A stretch of 64,000 nt of DNA from Azolla caroliniana (taxonomy: Eukaryota > Plantae > Polypodiophyta), in NCBI GenBank assembly GCA_043228905.1, contig JBHGNT010000003.1:9858001-9922000 (forward strand), in the 5' to 3' direction. The notes beneath the pieces were generated by a model. It was not told where the DNA came from. It did no database searches and worked only from the letters and a program-made list of their open reading frames with translations. Made by a program: the position numbers and the translations under genes. Every line of letters begins with the position of its first letter. Positions within the stretch are counted from its first letter, which is position 1. Below, in pieces: positions 11,650 to 28,143 of this stretch.

Positions 11650-14600
11650 AATGGGTGATAAATGTACAGCTGAATTTTTTCATGCAATGAGACCCAATCA
11701 TAATGCGGTTTCAATCAAACAACTACAAGATGAGAATGGGACCATCTCATCTGACCCTAAAGTGATGAGAGAAATAGCCACACGATACTATTCCAACCTA
11801 CTATCAGCTATTTCATTCTCCGATGAGGATTTAATAAGTCGGTCTTGTGTATGGAATAAAATGAGTTCAAGAATAACACAGGATATGAATGCCAGTCTTC
11901 AAGACGTTCTTACTCATGAGGAATTGAGTGAAGCACTCCAAGCTTTGCCTAAGAATAGTTGTCCAGGTATGGATGGATTAACCCCATCATTTTTCATTAA
12001 ATATTGGGACTTGTTTAAATCAGATTTATGTACAGCATTCCAACAAATTCTTCGAGAGGGCATTATGCCTTCACATTTTACAGAAGGAATAATTTACCTT
12101 ATCCCTAAATCAGAAGGTCCTTCATTGGACATCAAGAAATGGCGCCCAATTACATTACTGAATACGGTGTATAAAATCCTAGCTAAAGCGCTTAGTATAA
12201 GACTTGGTACTATAATGCCTATAGTTATACATCCGTCGCAAACAGGATTTATTCAGGAAAGGAGCATATTGGATAATGTGTATACATTTTGGGAATCTGC
12301 TGCCTTGGCAGCCAAATCTAATCAAGAGTTAGCCATTGTTATGCTTGATTTTGAGAAAGCGTATGACCGTGTTGACTGGGAATTTTTACAAGGTGTACTG
12401 GCTCGTTTTGGTTTCTCGAAAGAATGGATAAAAGGTATTTCTTCATTATATAATTCGGCACAAAGCAGAGTCTTACTGGTTGGGAATTATGGACCTTTGT
12501 TTACTATTTCTCGATCAGTTCGACAGGGTTGTCCTTTAGCTCCTTTCTTGTTTCTGTTTTTTGCTGAGGCAATGATTTCCTTTTTGAATGCTGGTGATAT
12601 TGGTATACGCGGAATACGCATCCCATTCTCACATATAGAAGTAAGGGACGCTGAATTTGCAGATGACACTGCCCTATATTTAAAAGGTGATTTGGAAAAT
12701 CTGCAGAAAACAGAATTGGCCATATCCACATTTTGTAAGGCTTCGGGGGCACTGGTTAATTGGAACAAGTCCTTTGCATTTTGGGTGGGGGATGTAGAGC
12801 CTCCTCTATGGAGTCCACACCCGCAATTTCGATGGATACCATCAGGTTGTCCAGTTCGATACTTAGGGTGTACGATAGGTATTGATCTTTCAATGGAAAA
12901 TCAAGTGGCACCCCTCCTATTGTCACTGCGGAAAAAGTTGTTGTTATGGAGTTCAGCCAAGCTATCTTTTGCTGGTCGGATTGTAGTGGCTAATCAGGTT
13001 TTATTGGCTTCAACATGGTATGTTTTGTCATGTTGGATATTCTCCAAGTCATGTATTCTGAAAATACGTAGATTGGTTCGTAACTTCTTGTGGTCCGGTA
13101 AAACAGAAGGCAATGCTCGGTCCAAAGTGAAATGGGATGTTATTACCTTACCTCGCTCTAAAGGAGGATTAGGTATTATTGATCCAGTGGACCAATCAAG
13201 AGCATTGTTAAGTAAGTTGCTCGTTAGAGGATTTATGCCGGGGCAAGAGATATGGAAAGTATTATTGCTTGACCGTTGCTCAGATTGCTTTCCTCGCTTA
13301 GGTGCTCCCTGGTCGAAGGATGTGAATTGGATATTTAGGGAAAATTTCCGAGTACCTTCAGCCACTAGATGGGAAGACAAATTTATTAGGACATTATTTG
13401 CAGCATGGAAACAAGTACTACCTGGTTTGCTTCGCAATAAACCGAACCCCAAACATTATCTTGAGTATCTCAGACAAAAGATAGTTTGGAACCCGTTGTT
13501 TACAACATCAAATGGTTTTGTGTTGGGTTCTAGACAATGGTTATCGTGGGGAAAAATGACAGAAGGTCCCGCGAAAACAGTTCAGACTTGGAAAGAATTT
13601 TTATCGCGATCGTTGGAAGAACAAAAAGAAATCTTACGTAATATGCATGGCGGACATATAATGTACCAACAAATTCAAGAAGCTATGAGTAGACAACCCA
13701 TACCACCCAATAACACTAACCATAGATGGATTGGGGTTTTTTCAAGATTGGAAGTACTCTTGGCTGTTAAGGGTTATTCAAATGATAAGACATACCGGTT
13801 GTTTGAGGTGGATGAAACAAATCAATTGTCTCAGTCCGGGGAAATGGTGATAGATTACCCCTATGCCATTGAGCACAAGATAAGGATAATTGGATATGCC
13901 GATCGTAAATGGTATATTGATCCAATGATAGAGGAAATAAGGACACATTGGAAGTTGTGGGTGTTAGCTAAAAGACCGGTATTCAGATTAGATTGGGACC
14001 CAATTGACTATCATTGGACAGATCCTTACACGGGTAACAAGTTCAATTTCTTCCAATATTCTGTACAGTTGGGAAGACATGTACTTTCAGATACACGTGA
14101 TGTGGTACCAGCTGCATCTCAATATTGGAATCAACAAGGTATTACTCCCCAATTCCTTGCAAAATTCTGGGCTATCTTATGGGCAAGAAAACAGCAACAC
14201 AAAATATTACATGTACAGTGGTTAGTTGTACACAAGGCGTTGCCGGTTGGCACATGGTTGCATAGGATGGGAGTGTCTTCATGTTGTACTCGATGTCATT
14301 TACAAACGGAAACTCAAAAACATTGTTTATGGGAATGCATTGATTCTCAACAGATATGGCAACGGCTCCTTAGAATTTTCGCTAATTATTTTCCCCCGTT
14401 GGTTCTCACTTGGGGCATGGTCGTTTGGACATCACTTGCCCGTGATGTGTTTCATTATGGCATCGAATCTATGGACCATGGGTTTTACACTAAAAATGGA
14501 AGTGTTCGTACATTATCAATGATGTCATTACAGTTTTCAGGAGTAAGGAAGGAAGTTCAGCCAATATGGGAGATATTGAGTAGTACCACTGTCTATCACA

Positions 14601-14924
14601 TTTGGAAAGCTCGGTGTTCTCTCGTTTTCCATAATCTGAAAACACCACCTGCTGAAGTGATTTCTAATATTTGGTTAGAGATAGTTCATGCTTTGAAGGG
14701 TCAATGGGATGGTATAGTGGGAGATTCTGATGCTAAAATTGCTCAACGGCATGAGTTTCTTATTATTTGGACAGCTACTCCATTTGTGACATCCAGGTAC
14801 ACTACTCCTTATTGGCATTTTCAGCCACCGAAATGGTTGTTTCCCCCGCCGATTACATAGAGGTTTAAAATCTTGTAATTTGTTTATACTAATGACAGGA
14901 TATCTTCTTTAAAAAATAAAAAAA
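11650..14924 (+). mobile_element. 5'-truncated L1-like LINE with A-rich tail and 17-bp TSD
   Basis: TSD aacttttaagttttcca at 11633-11649 and 14925-14941; A-rich tail at ~14911-14924. Confidence 0.93.
11651..14860 (+). CDS. LINE ORF2 (RT + C-terminal zinc knuckle), endonuclease lost by 5' truncation
   Basis: WRPITLLNTVYKILAK, LDFEKAYDRV, VRQGCPLAP, FADD, GGLG and CTRC..ETQKHCLWEC; 1069 aa open. Confidence 0.93.
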   Translation: MGDKCTAEFFHAMRPNHNAVSIKQLQDENGTISSDPKVMREIATRYYSNLLSAISFSDEDLISRSCVWNKMSSRITQDMNASLQDVLTHEELSEALQALPKNSCPGMDGLTPSFFIKYWDLFKSDLCTAFQQILREGIMPSHFTEGIIYLIPKSEGPSLDIKKWRPITLLNTVYKILAKALSIRLGTIMPIVIHPSQTGFIQERSILDNVYTFWESAALAAKSNQELAIVMLDFEKAYDRVDWEFLQGVLARFGFSKEWIKGISSLYNSAQSRVLLVGNYGPLFTISRSVRQGCPLAPFLFLFFAEAMISFLNAGDIGIRGIRIPFSHIEVRDAEFADDTALYLKGDLENLQKTELAISTFCKASGALVNWNKSFAFWVGDVEPPLWSPHPQFRWIPSGCPVRYLGCTIGIDLSMENQVAPLLLSLRKKLLLWSSAKLSFAGRIVVANQVLLASTWYVLSCWIFSKSCILKIRRLVRNFLWSGKTEGNARSKVKWDVITLPRSKGGLGIIDPVDQSRALLSKLLVRGFMPGQEIWKVLLLDRCSDCFPRLGAPWSKDVNWIFRENFRVPSATRWEDKFIRTLFAAWKQVLPGLLRNKPNPKHYLEYLRQKIVWNPLFTTSNGFVLGSRQWLSWGKMTEGPAKTVQTWKEFLSRSLEEQKEILRNMHGGHIMYQQIQEAMSRQPIPPNNTNHRWIGVFSRLEVLLAVKGYSNDKTYRLFEVDETNQLSQSGEMVIDYPYAIEHKIRIIGYADRKWYIDPMIEEIRTHWKLWVLAKRPVFRLDWDPIDYHWTDPYTGNKFNFFQYSVQLGRHVLSDTRDVVPAASQYWNQQGITPQFLAKFWAILWARKQQHKILHVQWLVVHKALPVGTWLHRMGVSSCCTRCHLQTETQKHCLWECIDSQQIWQRLLRIFANYFPPLVLTWGMVVWTSLARDVFHYGIESMDHGFYTKNGSVRTLSMMSLQFSGVRKEVQPIWEILSSTTVYHIWKARCSLVFHNLKTPPAEVISNIWLEIVHALKGQWDGIVGDSDAKIAQRHEFLIIWTATPFVTSRYTTPYWHFQPPKWLFPPPIT

Positions 14925-15279
14925 AACTTTTAAGTTTTCCATTTATTATGTAAAAATATTATTTAGTGTAAGTCTTCTTTTTAATGTCAAGTTAAATATC
15001 CCATATTTAATGTGAAAGTCTCTTTGTTATATGATATATATATTAGAAACTAAAAAGTAGGAACTCTTTTTTTTTCTTTTTTTTTAACGAATATTTTTCA
15101 TGTATTCTTATGCGTATTCGTATGGTAACCCCCACGAATGCGAATATGTCACTTTAAAAATGGGACCTCACACTAATAATATTCTTATAATAGATAAAAA
15201 ACTTTAAAATATTTGTTTTATTTTTAAAAAATAAATAAAAGGTTCATTAATTCCCCACCTTTTACTCTCTTGACATTAA

Positions 15280-15797
15280 CCTGGTACAAACTCTGGTTTT
15301 TTTTAGGAGATATGGATGTTGGTGGCATGCTTCTCGGTTTGGCACATTTGGACCAGACGATGTATGTTTGTTTTTCAGTAACGAAAACTCCCAAGCGGTG
15401 AAGTGTTGCTAAACATTTGGTTTGAGTTGGTATCTTGGCTATGTGGACAATACAACTCAATTGAAGGGAACTCGGATGAAGCAGAACAAGCTCGGCCAAA
15501 GTTTTTGTTGAAATGCGGTCGTTCTCCTATTATGGTAAATTCAGCGTCAGGGCCTAAATAGAACTACCAAGCACCGAGATGGTTGTTTCCGTCATTGGCT
15601 TCAATTAGTGGACAAAAGATGTAATTATGTGGTTACCATGTAAAAAGAGTTAGCAGGATACTTTTGTTGTAAATAGCAAGGTGGGGATTATGCTTAGTTT
15701 TGTGTGGAGTAGTGTGAGTTTTGTTGATTATGGCTGAACTTTGATGTACTTCGTTTGCTAACTAATGGGAAGTAGTGTTTTTTTTGGACAAAAAAAA
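15280..15797 (+). mobile_element. Short 3' fragment of a related LINE inserted in the right TIR of the foldback element
   Basis: Translates with stops as WHIWTRRCMFVF*..EVLLNIWFELV..NYQAPRWLFP, homologous to the ORF2 C-terminus YHIWKARCSLVF..HFQPPKWLFP. Ends in an A-run and splits the TIR at gacattaa|aaagggg. Confidence 0.85.
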
Positions 15798-16749
15798 AGG
15801 GGACCTTAGATTAATAATATTTTTATATATAATATATAAAATTATTTTTTAAATAATAAATAAATAAACAAATGGTTCTGTAATATTCTTGGGGTCATTT
15901 TGTATTCTCGAATTTTTCGAATATTACAAATTTCACGCATGGGTCAATCTATAAGTGTGAGATAACAATTAAGTGTGTCATCACTTGACCAATTCACATA
16001 AAGTGGTCAAGTGTGAATAAGCCTAGGGTTTCTGCATATATAAGAAGGTTTAGGTACCTTCTTATGAGAAGGGATAACTTATTTTGAGGCTATGTCAATA
16101 TGGCTATGGTTCTTGCTAGCTAAGCACGTGTTGTCCCCACGAAACCGAAGGTACCACTCGCATCAACCCTTGATAGTATGGGACATCAAGGCGGTTCAGG
16201 TTCGTCTCACATCATTGCTAGGGGGTGATTGGGTGGTTTTGCACCCCTCTTTCCTTGCTTTGGTCTATTATTCCGTATGTTTTGCTTAATTAATTTGTTA
16301 GACACTTATCAATTAAAAGATTGCACTCTTGCAATGATTGCAATGATTGCAACTAGAAGATAGGTCAATTAGGCAAATGAAATAATACGTTTTAAGGACT
16401 ATGAAAGGTTCACACATTTGTGGATTTAATTTAGCTCAATTACCCATAGAGAAAGTCTTAAAGTTTAGAAATACACATAGAAATATCATCTGTCTAGGGT
16501 TAAATATATGAGGTTTCCAATGCTTGTTAGCATAAAATCATACTCTATATTGAGCAATAGTAACTTGAAACATATGTTTGCATATCCCTTAGACAGTTCA
16601 TACAATGTATAACTCATAATGATGAATGTTAACATCAATCCAGGTTTGTGGCAAAAATAATACATTAATATCAAAGGACTACATCCAATCAATGTAGTTT
16701 GGAGAAAACTCGATAATAGGAAGTTATTATTCATATAAACTAGAAACAT

Positions 16750-18330
16750 ATTCTCATTTATTTGGACTCAGTTTGATTGGTCCAAATAAAAGTTGGTGTA
16801 TGGAGCCCATGCTCAAGGTAGTTTCTAGTTCCATAACGGAAAATTTGACGAAAAAATCACTAGTAATTGAAAATCTGTCATTCATTATATCTATTGGTAA
16901 CTTGACAACAGTCACATAATCATTAATATCAATACACCTCTTAGGCAAAGCAAAGAGACTAGAGATGATAACAAGTCCATGATGCCTTGGTGAGGGTTCA
17001 AAAAATATAATTCTTGTTTTGACCTAAGACAAATTCGGAATACAAACCTTTCCAATGTGGTTGAGTAGATCGTTAGCAATGTGGAAGGTTCCCTTCGAGG
17101 ATGATAGCAAGTGTATAAGGTATTGGTAACTTGACAATATTCACATAATCTTTAATATCAATACACCTCTTATGCAAAACAAAGAGAGTAGAAATGATAA
17201 TAAGTGTACAAAGTATTCCACGATGCCTTCGGAGGGTGCAAAAATATAATTCTTGGTTTGACCTAAGACAAATTCGGAACCCAAACCTGTCCAATACAGT
17301 TGAGTAGGTCATTAGTAATGTGGACGGTTCCCTTTGAGGATGCAGTGTTTAATAGCATCTATAATAGATTCGGCTCTTGTGCAAGATTTTTAAAAGAAAC
17401 TATCAACAAGGTACTTTCCTCAAAGGTGATCACAACTATCAAATTGTTAACGAAATTAATAATGTTCATATCATAAATATGACTCAAGATATTAGCACCT
17501 ATATTAACACATCATTTAAATCTATTTAATGGAAGTCCCTAATGAGCTTCACCCATTGTGCCATACAAATCATGAGGTTCCGTCGGTCACAAAATATTTC
17601 AAGGGTTATCAGTCTGTGGATACTCGAAAATGATTTCCATAAAGCTAGGATCTCCCTATTTCATTGTGCATTGTAAATATCAAATAATTTTGTTCGTGAA
17701 CTATGTGTTAAGATTGAGTAGAAGAAAGTTTCCAACTTTTAAATGAATCATTGGATGAAGGGAATTGTGGCACGCGTTCTTGAGGTATGTTTAAGCATGT
17801 TGACTTGCAGGTTTGACCTTGTAGGAGGTTACCAAACAACATCGTCGATTGTGAGTTATTGCAAATAGATTTCTGTAATCATTTGACATAACCAACGAAT
17901 AAACAAAGTTTTGGACATGATAAGAGTTAAATCCCAAAGTAAGTAACCAATGTTGAAACATAATTGCCATAAAATTTGGACTACAACATGACGTTAAATT
18001 CAAACTACAATAGTTTATACATAGTCGCCAATGTCTATAATATTTCACATGTAATAGAATTGATGTACCCTAGAGTGCCACCCTCTAACAAATGTGTCAC
18101 ATTCTTAAGGAATCAAGTTCAGGATCGATTTCATCTTCTTTGGATTGACTTGGTCAATACGAAGGAACAGAGGTAGGTGCAACACCATGTACGAGATTAA
18201 GACTTTGGTCAACAATATGTGTAAGTGTTGGCCTAGGTGATAATTGTCTAGAAAAATATCTTGAAACTCTAATAAGAGTACCAAACAATCTTTCGTTTGA
18301 GAGACCTGGAATGTTTGAGAAAAGAAGTAC
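16750..18330 (-). pseudogene. Old decayed Ty3/gypsy pol remnants (RT/RNaseH/integrase) with a local ~240-bp duplication
   Basis: 17260-17345 resembles 57330-57410 (..ggaac.caaacc...cattagtaatgtgga..ttcc.t.gaggatg). ORF piece ETTLSMGS matches gypsy integrase. ~16895-17100 is repeated at ~17125-17340. Confidence 0.6.
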
Positions 18331-18821
18331 AAAAAGAGTTGAAATAAATTACTTATAACAAATTAAATAAAGTGCTACCAGAGTCAAACACAAATTATAC
18401 TAAGATTCGTTCATAAGTTCATTTAAAAGAAACAAATGATTTAGTCTTAGGTGAGGTTGGCAAGATTGGGAAGTTATTTAGATGTTCCGTATTAATCTCA
18501 ATAATTCAAAATTGCACTAGAGACATGGCTTTTTGCTCTTAATGCTTTTTTACTAGAGCTTGTGTCATTGGTCTAAAATGTGACCATTATTTTATAGATG
18601 CACATGAAAGACTAAGTCACATAGAATCATTAAAAATAATTCATTGTGTGTCTTGTGTTTCCTAACACGTTGTACTTGATTAGCCACATAAAGCAAGGGT
18701 TGTTATGGTTCCCCCTCAAACTATTTTTATAATGAAGTGTTTTTCAATATCCTTACCATGAACATGGAAATTATAGTCCAAGATTGAATGCAATATAGTA
18801 AACAAGCAATTTTGGAACTAT

Positions 18822-18947
18822 CGAAATCACAATGGGGCCCAAAGTGAGATTCCCATATAACGAAGCCATGTGCAACAAATGCTTCGAAATCACAATGGGG
18901 CCCAAAATGAGATTCCCATATAATGAAGCCATGTGCAACAAATGCTT
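18822..18947. repeat. Tandem duplication of a ~63-bp unit
   Basis: cgaaatcacaatggggcccaaa.tgagattcccatataa.gaagccatgtgcaacaaatgcttc occurs twice. Confidence 0.9.
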
Positions 18948-20163
18948 CTTTGGTTATTTCCTTCTTTTATCTCAAATAAAGCTTCATGGCTTTGGATATG
19001 TCACCATGCAACATCTACTAAGTGGCTGCCATTAGATGTTTTAAGTGTAGAAAATATAAACAGGGTGAAATTGATGTCATAGCTAAATATATGTGCAAAT
19101 GTAGCAACAAGAATAATAATAGAGGTGCTTGCATGTGCCACCTCCAATTAGGAGGATCTCATGAATAAATCATTGATGTGAGCTATTGTGAAGTGTTTAC
19201 ACCTGAATTGGCAAAATTTAGACAATCATTCGAATAGAAAAAGATAATGTTTGAACTACATTCTACAAACAGTATTTGAGAAATTATCTAACGTCAATAA
19301 CCCTCTAGATGTGTGAGATAAGTTTTGAGAATGGGGGTATTGTGTTATTACCCAACGTGTTTTAAAAACCACAGGGTGACATACAATATCTTTACCTTAT
19401 CTCTATTTCAAATATTCATGGCAACTCTCAAGGCTCAACCATGTTGTCTACCTAGAGGCATTGTTCACATATGTAATTTCATTTCATTAATGAAATGCAA
19501 TCATTGTGCCCATGAAAGTGGATTCGGCCCTTTTAAAATTCCCCCATCAGGACCCCGAATTGCACGTTGGTATAGTGCGAAGATACATGCATATATTTGC
19601 TAAAAAATGCTCGTCGAAAATTTTAGAGTATATTGTTATTAGTTGTCTCTCACATACTAACTACAGATCATCATGATCTGTAGTTAGTATTCAATTACCA
19701 TAATCATCATGATCTGGTATATGCAATTGGATCAAGCATTCAAACAAGCTTATATGAAAGAACATCAAAACTTCTTGTTAGGGATGTCCTGTTTATGCTT
19801 GAAGGAAACAGGATAAATTTCAGTCAATTAGCATTGCTAGCTAAACGTACACTGATTGATTCCTTTAATACCAAAAACAAATATATTTTTGCTAACATGA
19901 TGGTCAGTTAGGAACTCTTTTGTTCCAATCAAACAACAATGTAAATTACATTATCATATATGGCACAAGGGCTAAAAATAACTCTTTTAAAAACTGCTCA
20001 CATAAAAGTATGAGAAATCCATTTCATAGGCCACAGCATTGATTTGGAGGCATACAAAGAGATTTCTTCATTAATGGTAGAAATGGTCACCTACCAACCT
20101 TCCCCAAGTTGTGTGCCAAAAATGTACACAACAAATTGTGATGATGCTTACAAATCTGCTGCT

Positions 20164-24157
<3,994 letters not shown>

Positions 24158-24329
24158 TGAAAGAAATGGAAAGAAACAGAAGAAACAGAAGAAGAAGAAG
24201 AAGAAGAAAGAAGAAAGAAGAGGAAGAAGAAGAAGGTTTGGGCTATGGCGGCGACCTTCCCCTGCCTTGGGACAGCAATCAGTGACTGGTAGACTGTATG
24301 TAGTAGTGTCTGTTCAGTTATTCTCTCTT

Positions 24330-24332
24330 TAC

Positions 24333-24363
<31 letters not shown>

Positions 24364-24440
24364 TACACTGTACACATACACTGTACACATACACATACAC
24401 ATACACTGTACACATACACATACATACATAACATACACTG
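24330..24440. repeat. (CATACA)n-type microsatellite, left flank of the Mutator-like element
   Basis: Directly visible. Confidence 0.95.
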
Positions 24441-24447
24441 TAGTCAG

Positions 24448-24630
24448 AAGGAGCCCGACTCTGCGAAAAGGAGCCCGACTCTGCCACAGGGAGCCCGACT
24501 CTGTCAAAAAGGAGCCCCGCTGTCAGACAGCCTATGCAAGAGGGAGCCCGACTCTGTCAGAAGGAGCCCCGCTGTCAGATCACATCAGTAAGAAGGAGCC
24601 CGACTCTGTCAAAAGGAGCCCGACTCTGTA
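24448..24630. repeat. Left array of GGAGCCCGACTCTG motifs
   Basis: About 8 copies/variants of aaggagcccgactctg. Confidence 0.93.
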
Positions 24631-24811
24631 GCAACAAACATCAAAAACTCCACAAAATTGTAAGTGTACAACAAATATTTGCCATGAAACTGATCATAAA
24701 ATTTCTCAACAAAACCTAAAGATTCAAATAACAAGTCTTACATAAAATATTAAAATGTCAAATGTTGACAACCCTAAAATGAAATATGAATATACACGTT
24801 ACATATTAAGA

Positions 24812-27734
24812 TTATGGCTCATGTCGGGATGATTGCAAGATGCAACCACAATTTTTACAGCATGTAACATTTGAGTCCCTTGAAGTCAAGGTCAAGCCAT
24901 CACAACGCAAACACCGAACCTTCTCATGGTCAACCAATGGCAATCTCCTCCTAGCCCGACTAGCACCTCTTTGTAGTTTTCCGGAGTGGGATTTGGAAGT
25001 GTTTGGGGAGCTGCCAATAAGTTCTTGCGAGATGTCTATTGTTGCACTTCTTTTGGCACCGATTTGTTGGTTGCGACTTATTGATCTACCATCTTCTTTA
25101 TTGGTTGATTTTGGTGCACCAACGCGATACACCTTCTCAGCCACATCTTCCAATGTTTGTATACCTTCGACAATAGTTGCACGGTCGAAGGTTCCTAACC
25201 CTTGCTCGAGACATTGAAGTGCTTTCATGACCGTTTGTATTTTGGACTTGAATGATTCAATCTCGGATATTGTGGGGTTTGTCTCCTCTACTTGCTCTAC
25301 CTCTGCCTCCACTTCTATTTCTGTATTATGGTCCATTCGCATTTGGGTCGCGTGATCTATAAAAGGCAATGAGCCACATAAATGTGGCATATGCCTCTCA
25401 ATAATCATTCGGATACCTAGTAAATGCTTACATTTACTCACAATGTCTTGGCAATCACAATATGAGCATTGGAGTGAGACATTATACCATAGAGTGGGAG
25501 TCGTCATGCTCAAGATTCTAAACCAATATCGGGCCTCGTCGACAATTTCAATTGTGGAAGTATTGTCGACATACCTTTCCAATATTCTCTCCGCTTCTTT
25601 AAGTCGGGACCTTTGATCCCTACAATTCGCACGGGGTGCAAACCGACCACTCTCACATATTTCTTGTCGTTGCTTGTACCACTCTATTACCGTTCCTCCT
25701 ATGCAAGTGCCAGTTTCACTATCCCCGATTAAGACATGCAGAAGGTCGGTAATTGATCGGTTTATTCTTCCCCTCAAGGTAGTATACTTGATAAACTGCC
25801 AATGTCTTTCCACAATATTGGTAGTGTCAACGTGTCCATAGTTGAACATTCTACCAAACTTGGGCCAGAGTTTCCTCCACACACATGTCAAGCCACACCA
25901 TCCTCCTTCTATATATTGCCAAACACCGGGCTTGTCCACATATTCTAACTTTAACTCCTCACACATTGCATTGAATGATGATTCAGTAATGCATTGCATC
26001 AGTTGGCACATTCGTTGATAAAGATGGATTCTCTCATTTGCACTTACTTTTGGCAACAAGTTGTCCACCCATGACTTTTTGGCGTGAAACTGACACAACA
26101 AAAGTCGACAATGTGTTTGGGACCGTTGCCCATTTACAACAATCCAAGATTGACGGTCTGTTGCAACCACATTAGTTATGGCATTATATGATGTCCAACA
26201 TTTATCGATCACTATCGCATTTGGCCTCACCATGGGCATCCTTGCGAATATGACTCTCAAACAAGTTTCTAATTCCACTTGCTCATGGTTTGATCCCTTA
26301 TCAGAACTACAAAGCATGTACCATAATGGGATCCCAATTCCCATGGCGTTGGGGGCAACTGCTGCATATAATGGTAGCCCGAATTGGTTTGTTTTAAATG
26401 TCGAGTCGATTGCCCAAGAGTTGTTTAGGGTCAACCGCTCACACATTTCCAACATCCATTGATCTTGAAGTATCAAGATAAATGGTTGTATGGGGGGAGA
26501 TCCTGGTTCACCAGTCAAGTAGGGTTGAACATGAGCCCATCAAAGCCCAATCAACCTTAGTCATGACACTCCCGATTTTTAACCTATTTGCCATGTTATG
26601 GACCTCCTTTGGTATCATAAAGAACCGATAGGTAACAAGCTCTAATGGACTAGCCTTGGACTTATGATATGCTTCCTTACGCATGCTCATTCGTGCCACA
26701 TGCCTTGCACACCCAACATCAAATAGGTCATCTTTGCAACAACTTATGACATTGGGGTGTACTGGCAAATGGTACACATCCGACCTACTACATGGTACAT
26801 GACCACTGTGAGGTCCATATATTGAAATGGTAAGTGTCTCAATGTCAACATCATTATTGATTCTAACATCCACATGGAATGTGCACCCACATCGGGGTGT
26901 GCACCTGTGTCGTCGAGTGGAATTAGACGCAAGTCGAGATGTCCCAGCACGATGGCAACTATACCTAGTCACACGCATACCCTTCTTGACTCCTTTCCTT
27001 AAACGTGTGTGGTACTTGGTTTGCAAATCCGTGAGCGCATCGTCTAATTGGTGGGTTTCTACCTTGATCACTTCTATGGGTAGGGTCTTGTTATATTTGG
27101 CCATGCTTGATCCCAAACCTTCTATCGAGTCGACCTTCGATACCGTTTGGCAACCACAACTTGTAATGAGTGCTTTCACGTACTCCGGTGGGATGCCATA
27201 ATCACGTACATCAGTCGCATAAACTAGCTTTAACTCTTTAAGAGTCTTTGAAAACGTGTGATGGGATGTGTCACCATGTGACGCTAATACTACTTCCCTC
27301 CATTTCTCGACGTATAAGACTTGAAGATTAGGTGATGCTTTAAGGTAAATTGCACTCTCAAACCTGAGAATGAGACGACTCTTCATGCGCCTCCATGCAT
27401 GAAGTGAAAGAGGTGCTCCCCTTGCGACATCACGTAATGCTTCCAATGTTACCTTAACTTGTCCCAATAAATCTTTAATCATCAAATTATACGTACCTCT
27501 TGAAAATGCAAAATACCTGGGGGAACAATACATGAAGGGATCGACCGCCTCATCCTCACGATCGGAATCTGATGACTCAAAAGGATCCTCCAATTCGTCC
27601 TCGGATGCATTGGATGACCATGACGTATCCTCCAATTCATCTTCTGACATGGCGAAGACACCATGATGCATTGTGCTCTCCATAGCAAATACAATATGAT
27701 CAAGAATGCCAATGATTGAGGTGAATGAAATCAA
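24812..27734 (-). pseudogene. MULE-family transposase split by a frameshift near 26540 (ORFs 27734-26508 and 26518-24812)
   Basis: C-terminal ORF: WAIDSTFKTN (D1), GIGIP, IVIDKC (D2), LLCQFH (CxxH), DTTNIVERHW (E), SWIM YNVS..CDC..CKH. N-terminal ORF: YSCHRAG..RCGCTFHV..HSGH (FAR1/WRKY-GCM1-like). The frames overlap at DWALM / HVQPYLTGEP. Confidence 0.85.
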
Positions 27735-27970
27735 ATGAATTCAAGTGAATGAATTCAAATAATTCACATGAATGGAGTAGATTAATGATCGAGAATGAGA
27801 GTGAATGAAATCAAATGGCCTACAATATGATCAAATGAAATCAAATACAATATGATCAAGAATGCCAATGATTGAGGTGAATGAAGTGAATGAAATCAAA
27901 TGAATTCAAGTGAATGAATTCAAATAATTCACATGAATGGAGTAGATTAACGATCGAGAATGAGAGTGAA
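27690..27970. repeat. ~160-bp duplication rich in gaatgaa, at the transposase 5' end
   Basis: aatacaatatgatcaagaatgccaatgattgaggtgaatg..gaatggagtagattaa occurs twice. Confidence 0.85.
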
Positions 27971-28143
27971 TGATATGAGTGCGAGTGATTAATAGACTAT
28001 TAAGGAAGGGAATGGGTTAATTGGGAATGATGGGAAGACTCTTAGTGCATGCTACTGAATTTGGTGAATTAATTTACTGTAGTCGTTAATATGACTGTTG
28101 AGACGCCATCATTACACGTAGTTGGGCACTTCCCTATTACTGT

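Larger units (their letters stand above)
10941..15951. mobile_element. Non-autonomous foldback/long-TIR DNA element flanked by TA, with AT-rich internal tandem units
   Basis: tagattgacccatgcgtgaaatt..(10941-~11225) is the reverse complement of ~15150-15951 (..aatttcacgcatgggtcaatcta), once the LINE fragment at 15280-15797 is removed. TA at 10939-10940 and 15952-15953. Confidence 0.88.
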
